NCBI RefSeq assembly: GCF_001194135.2 | Contig: NC_068994.1 | Span: 60,256,956-60,320,955, forward strand | DNA: 64,000 nt | Reading direction: 5' to 3' | Source: Octopus bimaculoides | Lineage: Eukaryota | In this document: positions 12,743 through 25,067 of the stretch, piece by piece | Numbering within the stretch: position 1 is the stretch's first letter | Layout of the letters: each line of letters begins with the position of its first letter | Notes under the pieces: model-generated | The model's input: only the letters and a program-made list of their open reading frames with translations | The model's database searches: none | Told to the model about the DNA's origin: nothing | Translations under genes and position numbers: made by a program

Positions 12743-15133
12743 TTTGTTATATANNNNNNNNNNNNNNNNNNNNNNNNNNNNNNNNNNNNNNNNNNNNNNN
12801 NNNNNNNNNNNNNNNNNNNNNNNNNNNNNNNNNNNNNNNNNNNNNNNNNNNNNNNNNNATATATATATATATATATATATAAATTGGATCTCTTCCTGTT
12901 ACGGGTTCCAGACGAGCTTACCTCACGGCAGGAAACTCAGATGAGGGCAGCAGCATGAAACTCCCTCATTGACCAAATGCTACATATTAGAGGAGGTTCC
13001 AATTAATGGTGTAGCTCAGTCAATGCTGGTGCTCCAGCATGACCACAGCTTTGCAGCTGAAACATTAAACAAATATTTATGTATATATAATGCCTTTGGT
13101 CTCAGTTTAAGCCGAACTTTGCTGTAAGATAAAGTTTCTGACTGCAACCATCTCATATTGTAAAGAAATGCTGATCTTCGATATTAAAATTAAGATAATA
13201 ATGTGTCAAAGAAGAGAAATGCAAGCATGGTAGATTAGTCGCAACATTGAGTTCTTCCATTGACTGTAGAGTAAAACTACTCCAAATTTTGATTCTGAAA
13301 CTAACATCTTGAAGTGAATTTCAATATTTTCGCGCTCCTTAAAATGAAAAGCAGTGATGTAATAAATATGCCGTGAGTGATAAAATAAAAGAACACAAAA
13401 AGTTGGCCAAATGACACACTCAAATGATGAATGCTCTCATATGGACTCATCTAATCAATCAATGACTGTAGTACTGATCGATTCTGTCGACCGATCCGCT
13501 GTGACAAAATACACTTGCTTGTTGGAAGCTGTATTGACTAATGGCTGTCAACTATTGGATGTTCACTATAGAGTGAGGTTGTTGAAGTAGTTGGAGCGAG
13601 GCGGTGTGTAATTATCTCTTTACAATTGTGCCTGTGGTTGTTGAAGTGGTTTAGGGTGGTCATAAGAGAGCAGCCATATGAGTCGCTGCTCACTGGTTGT
13701 TGAGCCCCAGATCAATTTTGATCGAACAGACCTTATGGCCACAAGCACTGCAGCCTTGACCATAGGTCAAACAAAATGTATCTAGAACTGCATAATAATT
13801 TGTATCTTAAAAAAAAAACACTGTCATAATGTCTAAGACCTTGGCGGTGGAAGTTTTTATGGTTGTGATACAAATATAATGTAATGGAGGGGGTGGGAAG
13901 ACGATGAAAGCCACTGCTTCCAACACCGGGTCTTTCTTCTTCACAGTAAAATAACTGATTCCACCGTGTGAATATTTTTGTGGCTCCATTTGTTAGATCC
14001 TCGCTGTTTCTTAAGTCAATTAGTTAAACAAAAAGGTATTACAATGGACAGGCTTTTCTAGAATATCTCTTCATTTGTCTCTTGTTCACGTCCTGAAAAT
14101 TTTATTTCTCCACATTTCACCAACGATCTCAATGAAAGAAAATCGTTACATTTCTTGGCTCGTCTCTCTTGATGGGAATTTTCCCTTTCCAACATGGCTG
14201 TCGGTCCAGTTAACAAGTTGAATACTGTAATGAGTCAGTATGGCCGTTAATTCAACATGGCCCTATTTTGTCAAGTTGCTGTCACATATCGAACAAATAC
14301 AAGCTTTTCTGGAAAGGTAATCTTCGATATCCACTTAAGTTTGTTCTTCATTAGGGTAACTGATTTTAACTATTGGTTTATGATCAAAGACGCTCTATCC
14401 ATGGCCATCTCGTCATTTTGTATATCAGGGATAACATTACCCTACATATCCTTTTTTGTTTAAGACAGTAAAGCGAAATTTGAGCTAGGTCAGGCTACAA
14501 TTTCAATCAGGTTGAACGACAACATTATATGTAGCCGATCCATGTTGTTTACTGCTGTGAGATGTAGTCGCTGAAATGCAGCAATCGAATGACAATAATT
14601 GAATGTCCCTTGGCAACGGGCACATGAGAGTGCCAAAGACCAGAACAGAACTTACAATTATACAATAAAAATGTGCGTCAACATATTTAGCGAGGAATGC
14701 ATCAAAAACTAATGAGGAATAATTTGTGGCGAGGCATATACAACGTTAGTTCAATGATTTAACTGGTATATAATCAACTTTGATAATTTTCCACAATCGG
14801 AGAGAGAAGACAACACAATTTTCGTCAAATTCCCAAACAACATATACACCTACATGTTATTATATACGACGTATGTTTATCTACACGTTAATCTATATGA
14901 TAACTTGTACGTAAATATTTGTGTTCATCTACGTAGTGACCTACATGTTCATATGGATACAAATCTGTAGGCAAACATATATATGTTAATCCACATGCAT
15001 CTCCGTCTATCAGTTAACGCACGCACGCACGCGCACACACACACTGAAATATAGACATTAATCTCCGTGTGAATATATTTCTGAATCTGAGAATTTACAT
15101 GTTACCGTACATGTTGATATTTGTAGCATGGAA

Positions 15134-15530
15134 GGCGGTGAGGAGCTGGTAGAAGCGTCAGCCCGTCGGGTCGAATACTCAGCGGTATTTCGTCTGTCTC
15201 TACGTTCAGCTTTCAAATTCTGCCGAGGTCGACTTTGCCTTTCATCCTTTCGGGGTCGATAAATTAAGTACCAGTTGCGTACTGAGGTCGACTGGCCACC
15301 GCCTCCAAAATTTCGGGACTCGTGCCTAGGGTAGAAAAGAATCGTTGGCACGCCGGACAAAATGCTTAGCGGCATTTCGTCCGTCTTTAGGTTCTGAGTT
15401 CAAATTCTACATGGGTCGACTTTGCCTTTCGTCCTTAGGGGGCCGATAAGTACCAGTTGAACACTGGGGTCGATGTAATCGACTTATCCCCTCCCCCGAA
15501 ATTACTGGTCACGTGCCAGAATTTGAAATC
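15134..15530 (+). mobile_element. Two head-to-tail SINE family A copies
   Basis: Core ggtcgactttgcctttc...gataa(att)aagtaccagttg occurs twice; junction at about 15338-15343. Confidence 0.85.
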
Positions 15531-15829
15531 ACTATTTGTAGCATGGAGGTATGTCACTAGACAGGCAAACAGTGTTGTCTTGTAGCCCCAGGTTGGTCCT
15601 AAACGGTCATTCTTATGAACAAAAGCCTTCCAGCCATGACTATCCAATATGTTTCTCTAACTACACTTAGGATACAAATATGTCCTTTTCAAAGACAATA
15701 GATTGTCCTTTGAAGATTTGGCTGCTATTTCAAAGAGGTCATCTCCGCATAGGACGTCTGTGCATATGAAGAGACAGAACAAGCGGATGGAGAGAGAGAG
15801 GGGGGGGGAGAGAGATAAAGGTCAAGAAA

Positions 15830-15869
<40 letters not shown>

Positions 15870-16811
15870 GAGGGAGAGAAAAAGCTGTGCTTCTGTCATT
15901 ATAAATATATAAATATATCCACGAGCCCACAAATATGTATATTATTATTGTTGTATATTTTTTTGCATATTTGTGACATGTGTCTGTAGATTCCGATGGA
16001 ATTACGGAAATATCGAAGCAGAAGTGGGGAGTGGGAGGGAGCGGGAGAGAGATAGAAAAGGAAAATTTTCTGACAAATTCCAGATCGATTGCTAGAAAGA
16101 TATCTGTGTCTGTCTGTCCTTCTATCGATCTGTCTATTTGGAATCTGTCAACGTATTTTCTTTATCTTCTCCCATCCACCCTCTCCGCAATTCTATTATA
16201 TTTCATTCTTTCCACCCACATTTCTATACGTGGTGCACAAATATATATGCATAAGTGATAGGAACAGCGCTCTGTTACCCTCCCTCTCACACACTGTCTA
16301 TATACACACACATAAATACAGATACATACACACATATTTGTGTGCGCATATATGTGGCGCGTGTGTGTGTACACGCAACTCATTCATTTCACTGCACGAA
16401 CTTCTCCCGATCCATATGCAAATTCCGCAAAGCGTTGTGCAGTGAATGAACACGTCCATGATGTCACGTGACCGGATATGCATACTTCGGTCATGTTACA
16501 AGTCAAATGCCATCAGTGATTTTTGTTAAGATATTTCGGATTGAAGCACGAACTACAATGGGCGATTGAGATATTGTGCTCTCATGGAAATATATCTTGT
16601 TCTCTCTTCTTAGTTAATCTGTCAATATGTTTGCCTCATTCTAATTTCGTTTGGCCTTCTCTTCGTCCGTCCGTTTCTCTCCCCCTCTTTTTACAAGCGA
16701 CCGTCACATTAATGCTACGATGATAGCAGATGTAGTGTTGTTAAGTAGGTGTTGATGCTTGGAGCATTGTACCAACTTAGTTATTTCTGTAGACCTACAA
16801 CAGTGGATATA

Positions 16812-17305
16812 TAATAGTCAGATGAAGAGAGGAGGGGAGTTGATCCCATATGGTGCAAAGGAGCGAAAAGAGAAGATTAATCCCTGTTCACAGCGAAGGC
16901 GGGAGTCCAGATGGCCCCTGTGCAAAGACCGTCCGAACACAGACAGATATTGTAGTGAATGACCAGTAGAGCGGAAATGGCGTGAGACCAGGGTGTCATT
17001 GCCGAGTCTGATGTTTTGGAGGTGCTCCGCGAACGGGTCAGCCAAGCGGCGTCCCGTTTGACCGATGTACAGGGAAGGGCAGAAAGAGCGGGAGATGCAG
17101 TAAATGACGTTGCTGGAAGTGCAGGTGAATGAGTTGGTGATGAGATAGGGACGATGAAGGGTGCTTGTAAGGATGGTAGTGTTGGAGAGGTAGGGACAAG
17201 TACGTAGCGTGGACGGGAGCAGAGGAACGAGCCAGGCTGAGAGGTGGGGTTAGGGAAGAAACTGTGGACCAGGAAGTCACGCAGGTTGTGGACTCGTAAA
17301 TACAT
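16812..17305 (-). mobile_element. Penelope-like element GIY-YIG endonuclease C-terminal fragment
   Basis: FTCTSSNVIYCIS...SLYIGQTGRRLADPFAEHLQNIRLGNDTLVSRHF...EQGLIFSF...PYGIN. Confidence 0.88.
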
Positions 17306-17344
17306 ACACACACTCGGATTCGAGCACTATTTTTTTTCAGCCTC

Positions 17345-17420
<76 letters not shown>
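17345..17420. repeat. (TCTA)n microsatellite
   Basis: Direct. Confidence 0.95.
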
Positions 17421-17940
17421 GCATGTTTATTGCCACTTCAACATGACTGTTCCGTAAGAACCGACGTCTCTACAAATCTTTACAAAATTATAATAACTTG
17501 TCACTTACCCCTTTCAAGTTGGGGTTTCCTATCTCACTGTAAGTTTTCTTTTCGTTTGTGCTTTTCATGTTGCCTCTTTTTGTTTCTATTTTCCTGCTGT
17601 TTTATGGGTTCTTGTATTTCCGTCTCTAAGTCTGTGTGTTCAAGTATTTGTGTGCCTGTGTGTGTGCTTGTATTTGTGTGTCTGTGTGTTCGTGTATGTG
17701 TGTGTCTGTGTGTGCTTGTATTTGTGTGTCTGTGTGTTCGTTTGAGTGCAACTCTATGTGTTTCGTCTGTGTCTCTATGTCTTTAGGTTTCCGTAGTTCT
17801 GAGTTGTTTCGTTTCTGGTCTGAATGACTCTGTACTTTTAATTCCTTCGCTGGTACTCCCTCTGGTAAATTTACTCCGTTTCTCGTCGTGGGTTGAGTTT
17901 CTTCTTCCATTCCTTTACACAAGGCACACACATACACACA

Positions 17941-18021
<81 letters not shown>

Positions 18022-19138
18022 AACTTAAAGATGGACTCGAGCATCCAAGCAAGAGACACTTTTACACAGTTGCTTTGAGCAGTCGATCAATCTGCTACAA
18101 ATGACAGTAAAATCTCTTTCGAATCACACTTTACCGTCTTAAATAAGGAAGTATCACAGTTAATGTAATCCTGCATACATCGAAAAAGTAACGAGGTCAT
18201 AAGTGGAATGTCTTTGATTAAAAGGTCTTCTCGATAGGGGCTGACCAAGGGTTAAACAGCTGCCATAACAACACACATTGTGTTCTACTGCTCTACACAC
18301 AAACAGCGATTATGGGAAAATACGACCGAGTTAATCGTTCCTTACCAAATACTTCATACACACTAGTCTGGCTATTTTCGGGGTGATAATTGTTCGTCTT
18401 ATTACGACTTTCAACATTCACCGAACTCTTCATAACAAGAGAGATATTATAAAAAGAAGGATCTCAAGTGTATGGTACTTACCTACTGTTGTTAACAGCA
18501 TGTTGTCTAGGAAAAGGGCGATGAAGACGATGAAAAGTACTAACTGACGAGAATTGCGACATCTTGAAAACAAGTCAATAATATAGTTCCGTCCAAAAGA
18601 TTCTGTCATTGTGCTGACGGCAGCGTTCTTGGTTTCAACTCAAAATGACGAGGCCAAACTCATCCGACGCTTCCTAAAACGAGAAATAAAAATAAAAAAC
18701 ACAATATAGTAATTGGTGAATTTAGTTTGACGTTCTTTCCTCTCCTGTGTCTTGTATGTACCATAGTTTGTTAGAGTGTTACTGTGAGGCTGTCTTCGCG
18801 TAAAACACGTTCAACCTCACTAGAGAATTCCTCTTAAAAGTCAGTAGGAAGAAACATGCGAACAGGAATCTTAGAGTTGAGATTGATGACGAAGGTCTTC
18901 ACCAATTCTTTAGTTAACGATTAATCTAGATGAATCCATGAGGTGTAAGTGAAGTGCAATGATTGAAACAAAAGTCGTAGCCTCGGATTCTTTGAAAATT
19001 TACTCCCACTTCACAGTGCTCTGAAACGCAGACAATCATATTCACATACATATATCTATCTGCAAGTAGACATAAATATGCACATATTATACATGTACAG
19101 TACATGTGTATATTACACACACACTCATATACACACGC

Positions 19139-19858
19139 GCGCATCTTGGTCTTGGCCTGTAGCCTCTGTAGGCTGAAGGGTTTGCCATAAGTCCTGAAAC
19201 TGGTCTCGATGCTGGTTTCGTCGTCGCTACGGAAGGTAACCGGCAGAGTGACTGAGAACAGGTGAACAGTGAAGTGCAAGTACAAAACCCTGCTGGAGTC
19301 AGTTAGTGAATGAGAAGGCGTCGGAAGAATCTCTATTGTCCAGTGCTCGTACGAGCATGAGGTCGGGGAACTGTCGCACCATGGTGATAAATTTATCCCA
19401 TAATCCTCCAAAGCCCCTCATGACCGACGGTCTCAAAGGCCTTGGTTAGATCTACACTTCCCCCTGAAGTTGGCATGCGGCAGAGATCATGTCAACTGTC
19501 CCACGACCCTCTCTGAAGATATACTGACTCTCTGACAGGTATCTGTCTTGCATATGGTGAGTGAGATGGTTAAGGACTCTTGAGAGTATCTTGCCAGTAA
19601 TGGCAAGGAGAGAAATTCCTCGATGGTTGTCACAGGACTGCCCGTTGCCCTTTCTCTTGTAGAGACGGACAGTAGAAGCGTCCTTGAGCACTTGAGGAAA
19701 AACTTTTAGTTGCCACATGATCTAGATGAGATTGGTGAGCTTCTGTGCCAAGATTGGTCCCCCCTGCCTTGTATAGTTCAGCAGGGGTGGAGTCAGATCT
19801 TGGTGCCTTGGCATTCGTGAGAAGTTTGCTTCCTGAACCTCTGCTTCTATTGGAGGAA
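19139..19858 (-). mobile_element. RTE-clade LINE, inverted 5' segment (RT domains up to just before FADD)
   Basis: KAPRSDSTPAELYKAGG, CDNHRGISLLAITGKILSRVL, FREGRGTVDMI, TKAFETVGHEGLW, GKPFSLQRLQAKTKMR. Confidence 0.9.
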
Positions 19859-20330
19859 ATGCTGATGTCATGTTGTTCGCCGACGACTGCGCACTTAACG
19901 CCGCCACAGAAGCCCAGTTGCAGTAGAGCATGAACTGTTTTCGCACAGCCTGCAATAACTTTTGCCTCACAATCAGTAGTCAGAAGACAGAGGTCATGTA
20001 CCAACCTGCCCCACAGAAGCTCCACCAGCTATCATTGTCGAAGGGGAAACACTGAAGGTTGTTAAGTTCATATACCTCGGCAGTAAACTCTCCAGATCAT
20101 TGAAGATGAGGTCGATACACGCATCGAGAAGGGAAGCTCAGTGAATCAGTGTGAAAGAGGAGAGATATTAAGCTGGCCACCAAATTGAAGGTGCACCAAG
20201 CAGTTGTACTACCTACGCTACCGTGCGCCTGTGAGACATGGGCGGTTTATGAACGCTATACTAAAAGCCAATTCACTTCCACACAAAGTACCCGAGAAAG
20301 GTGTTGAAAATCACCTGGCAAGACAAAAAA
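19859..20330 (+). mobile_element. RTE-clade LINE, forward 3' segment
   Basis: MLFADDCALNAATEAQLQ, LTISSQKTEVMYQPAP, KFIYLGSKLS, TKLKVHQAVVLPTL..CETW, KITWQDK. Confidence 0.9.
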
Positions 20331-20427
20331 CAATTTTTAAGTGACAACGCCGAGGGACGCGCGCAAAATTTTCTCTCCATTTAGAGAAAAGCACAAATGC
20401 ATTTCAGATGCTTATTCCTCCACCTCC

Positions 20428-20469
<42 letters not shown>

Positions 20470-20520
20470 CATACATACGTACATTATATATATATTACAT
20501 ATGTATACATATATATATTA

Positions 20521-20641
20521 CATGAACATACGTCCCAGTTTAGCATCGAAAGACGACACAAAAGTCTCTTCACTTTTGTTTCGAGTGCTCTCCATTAATT
20601 TGTAGTGCTACACGCGCACACACACGTATATATTATATATT

Positions 20642-20702
<61 letters not shown>

Positions 20703-20868
20703 ACTCATACACATATATAATATATACATGTGTGTCCCTACGTGTGTGTGTGTGCATGAGTGCGTGCGCTCGCGTGTGTAGTACTACAAATTAACAGAGA
20801 GCACTCGAGACAAACGCGTAGAGGCTTTTGTGTTGTCTTTCGATGCTAAACTGGGACACATGTTCATG
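20521..20868. mobile_element. MITE with about 100-bp imperfect TIRs and TA flanks (Tc1/mariner-type)
   Basis: catgaacatacgtcccagtttagcatcgaaagac... at 20521 vs ...gtctttcgatgctaaactgggacacatgttcatg ending 20868; TA at 20519-20520 and 20869-20870; interior is (TG)/(TA) repeats. Confidence 0.8.
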
Positions 20869-21598
20869 TAAACGAGACCTGATTCACCGAGTTCCCTCCA
20901 CCCCCTTTACTACCCATGATGCTAATAAATCTCACAAGACCAGAGACTAGCAACAAGAAAATCTGATGAAGTTATTGATGAAAGTATTTGTCAAGTAAAG
21001 ATAGTCGTATTTGCTGATCAAACAGTGTGAATTGTGTGCTAACTGATTGGCCGGAAGTGATCAGTAGCGAGAGTTCTATCACCTCATCTCTCAGATATTT
21101 GCGCTGGTAAATTAATGGAGAAAGGAAAACGTGTCACACCCAACGGACAAATAGAACTGACAGAATCGAAGACAATGTTTAGTCGCAGCCGAAAGTCAGT
21201 TTTGCTTCATTAGGTCTAGGATGAAAGACATTCCAAACGTGGTTGTCTAGTCTTTTTATTAAGGTATATTGTATCTAAGACTATATTATCTAATGTGTCC
21301 TCTTTATAGACAGTTGTATGTGTGATTGGAGGGAGAGTCAGCTGCTGTTTCTAACGGGTCGAGTGACCATAATCGGTGTCCGCTGTATTTGTGTGGCAGT
21401 ATCGGTAGTGCTTCAGTGGTAGCAGCTGCAACAGTGCCTTTTCTCCATAGTTTTGCTGTAGAAGCGTGATGGTGATTGCAATGATTGAGGGGTCGAGCAG
21501 TTTGTATTTATATGTTGTGGTTGTAATGCATCATCGCAAAGATTGTAATGGATTGTTTGGCGGTAGCTGTAGTGATGACGGTTGTCACAGTAGCTGTA

Positions 21599-21657
<59 letters not shown>

Positions 21658-21677
21658 GTAGTAGTAGTAGTAGTAGT
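21599..21677. repeat. (CTA)n/(GTA)n microsatellite
   Basis: Direct. Confidence 0.95.
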
Positions 21678-21724
21678 TTTGATACAAATCTTGTATTTTG
21701 AGCACACTTTTGTATGGGACAGAA

Positions 21725-21965
21725 ACTTGTAACCTCTCACATGTGTTGTCTGTGCAATATCTGCAACATAAAATGGCAAGATATCAAATATCAAAATCTT
21801 AGAAAAATGTAACATCTCCAGTATCCAAAGCCTGCTGCTGAGACTTCAGTGCAGATGGGTAGGACATGTTGTTTGAATGAAAGATGACTGCATTCCGAAA
21901 ATCTTTTCTGTGGCCACAGAAAAAGGGACGAAGGTGCATCGAGACCAGTTTCAGGACTTATGGCT
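21725..21965 (+). mobile_element. RTE-clade LINE C-terminal fragment plus a short mid-RT piece
   Basis: ICNIKWQD..ILEKCNISSIQSLLLRLQCRWVGHVV*MKDDCIPKI; 21936-21964 is the reverse complement of 19184-19212. Confidence 0.75.
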
Positions 21966-22419
21966 AAGAAAAAGGCACAAAGGTGACCTTAAAGAGAGAA
22001 ATATAAATTAAGGCAATAATATTATGCTAATGAAACAAAGATAAGAGATTTAGACTAAAGACAGACAAACAATTACATTAGGTAGGGACAACACGAAATA
22101 ATAATTAGGAAGACGCATTAGATCAAAATTTAAAAACTGAGCTAAATGCCAAACGGTAAATAAAAATAATAATAAAATGAAATAAGACAGTAAACATCAA
22201 CACTTTAGCTGACACTGAAATGGAATCACAATTTTAATACTCTCCATTGGACGGAAAACGGAACCAGCTTCACTAGATTGTAAGACAAGCAACATAATAA
22301 TTGCATTTAGAAAAATACCGCCCTTTTACAAATCTGAAGGGAAAGATTTTATTTACGATGAATACAGAGGTAGAAGACTTATGCACGCACACATACACAC
22401 ACTCGCGCGCGTACTTACA

Positions 22420-23015
22420 TGCATATAAGTTGGCCAGATGGATCCTTAGAACTTTCAGAACGAGAGAACAGGAAACCATGATGGTCCCCTGGATCACATT
22501 AGTCCTCAGCCGCTTAGACTACTGCTCCTAACTATATCACCACACAGTGTAAAATTAACGGCAGGACTCGAAGCAACAGTGAAGTTACATAAAGATCTCA
22601 ACAGGTCAGCTACTGAGAACGGCTGAAAATGTTGATACTCTCTGGAATGAAGGAGGGGAAAATATGCAGTGATATACATTTGTAAAATCCAGAAAGGACT
22701 AGTGCTAAACTTTGGCATTGAAAATTACACAAACACCAGAATTGGCGGGGCCACTGTATAGTGCCAAAGATCCCATCACCATCAAGATAGAGGGCCAGAT
22801 ACAGCAACAGCTTGGATTTCAAAACCTCACAGCTCTGCAGTATTCTCCCAAAATACCTGAGAGCCCGACATGGAGTGGATGTTGGTATCTTCAAGACAAA
22901 ATTGGATCTCCTCCTGTCGACAGTTCCGGATAAAACCTATCTCACGGCAAGAAATACTGAGGACAGCAACATTAAACTACCTCACTCACTAAATGCCACG
23001 AATCAGAGGATGTTT
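22420..23015 (+). mobile_element. CR1/L2-group LINE 3' fragment
   Basis: ARWILRTFRTREQETM...LVLSRLDYCS, YAVIYICKI, SILPKYLR..HGVDVGIFKTKLDLLLSTVPD. Confidence 0.82.
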
Positions 23016-23277
23016 TAAGTAATGAAAATATAAAAATGTAGCAAAACTGAGGGCGGTGCCCCAGCATGACCGCAACTCTCGAACTGAAACTAGAAAAAGA
23101 ATTATTACTAAGAAATAAGTAAATAGTTTCTCTTCCTCGGAAGAGAAACGGATTAAAAAGCGATGTGTGTGTGTGTGCGTTTATGTTAAGATATAAAAAC
23201 AATTCTATATTAAGCTTAAGACTTACTCAATACGCTTTAGTAGAGTATGTTTATAAACTTTTATAAGGAAACGGTTG

Positions 23278-23322
23278 ACTGTGACTCCGAAGTTTCGGCT
23301 TGTTCATCTTCATCAGGTAATC
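23278..23322 (-). ncRNA. Degenerate minimal type I hammerhead ribozyme motif (Penelope pLTR-type)
   Basis: Minus strand reads CTGATGA-A-GATGAACAAGCC-GAAA-CTTCGGA-GTC; self-complementary stem III ACUUCGGAGU; stems I and II partly decayed. Confidence 0.55.
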
Positions 23323-23361
23323 TGAGGATGGCAAACAGGCGGAAACTTGGAAGTCATTGTC
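23316..23361 (+). ncRNA. Degenerate minimal type I hammerhead ribozyme motif
   Basis: ggtaat-CTGAGGA-T-GGC-aaacag-GCG-GAAA-CTTGGAA-GTC-attgtc; stem I ggtaat/attgtc pairs fully with two G-U; stem II base pair broken (G23341). Confidence 0.55.
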
Positions 23362-23735
23362 AATCTTTTCATTGTATAAGTTAATATGTGTATGTATGTA
23401 TGTATGTATGTATGTATGTATGTATGTATGTATGTATGTATGTATGCATGTATGTACGTATGCATGTGTGTATGTATGCATGTGTGAGTATGCATGTGTG
23501 AGTATGCATGTGTGTGTGTATGCATGTGTGTGTGTATGTATGTAGCTGTGTTTGTACGCTGGTAGGTAGGTAAGTCGAAAGTAGATAATAGGTGGGACAT
23601 GACTGGCTGGTTGGCTGGCTGGTTTGTATATAGAATGGTTGCGAGTGAATGAGATGGAATTAGCTGGCAAGATAAGTATTTGAATAAATATTGAGAGAAA
23701 GAGAGAGAAAAGCAGAGAGAGAGAGAGAGAGTGCA

Positions 23736-23797
<62 letters not shown>

Positions 23798-24101
23798 GTG
23801 GGGTATGAGTGTCAGAGAAAAACAGAGGTTGAAAGATTACTCAGAATCAAAAAAAATTTCTTGTCGCCTTCAAAAGTTGAAATATTCTGAAAGAAAGTGA
23901 GAAAGACAGTAAGGAAGAAAGAAAAAAAGACAGATTTAGAAACAGATATAGAAAAAGAGAAACAAAGAAGTTGAAGAACTTCACAATGGCGTCAAATTCT
24001 CCACCAAAGCTGGAACTCTCACGAAGACAATCAACTCTGATTTTATTGTTAGCTCCACGTATGTCTTATTGGGGCAGATACAAATAATGCATGACATACA
24101 G

Positions 24102-24141
<40 letters not shown>

Positions 24142-24285
24142 TGCATAAAAAACTGTAACAAATATACTCACGCACACTATAACAAATGCACTTACACATT
24201 TGTATATATGCATACTTTCATACACACCTACCTTCCTACCTACCTACATATATACATACGCACGCACGTACATGCATATGCACAT

Positions 24286-24347
<62 letters not shown>

Positions 24348-25035
24348 TTCAAACATAGATTGTAGTTATGTTTACAATTATAACTGTTTTTATAAGATGT
24401 ACATACAACCACACGCGCAGGCATACATATATATATCTATAATGTGTGCGTGCGTGTGTGAGTGCGTGTATGTGCGTACATGTACGTGTGTGTCTATGTG
24501 TTTGTGTATAGAATTTTGCTTATTGTTATACATACAGGAATGATCTATATTCAGTGTATATACTTATGGTATATATTGTATTCTTGCAGGCATACAGTCA
24601 TGTATTCATCTATATCTCGTCTTTGGTATCGACTTTTATTCATACTTGTGTGTGACTCACACGAAAAGATAGAGCATTGGGTTTGTCTGCGCAGCATTTA
24701 AATACGCGGCGTCGATGGAGATTAACTGCCCGCTGCGACAGCAGCGAAACGCCTTCAACAAGAACCTTGCTTCAGATCTGGAAGCTAATGTTCCGTTCTA
24801 GTTACACAACAGAACTTACTTCTGTGAGCTCCAGAGAGACTCTGGATGTTCCATGCGTCTGTTGTGCTTATGAAGAATTTTTGAAACGGTGGAGGGGAGT
24901 GAGGAGGGATTAATTTCTCTTTAAAGAATTGGTACCCATTTCTTCACATAAAGTAAATTAATGTCAGAACTGAGTTAACTAAATAGATGGAATACGGATT
25001 GATCGAGGGACAAAATGGCAGGTCGGTGTAAGTGA

Positions 25036-25067
<32 letters not shown>

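Noticed and set aside
16463-16472. Perfect GTCACGTGAC palindrome, and TGACGTCA (CRE) sites at 42-49 and 27482-27489
   Set aside because: Isolated short palindromes are expected by chance in 64 kb; no promoter context
17500-18015. Minus-strand low-complexity ORF with a nearby GTAAGT donor
   Set aside because: Built on a degenerate minisatellite and frameshifted; no homology recognised
20963-20995. Hammerhead-like CTGATGA...GAAA...GTC
   Set aside because: Weak stem II, GAAAG instead of GAAAC, no palindromic stem III or stem I
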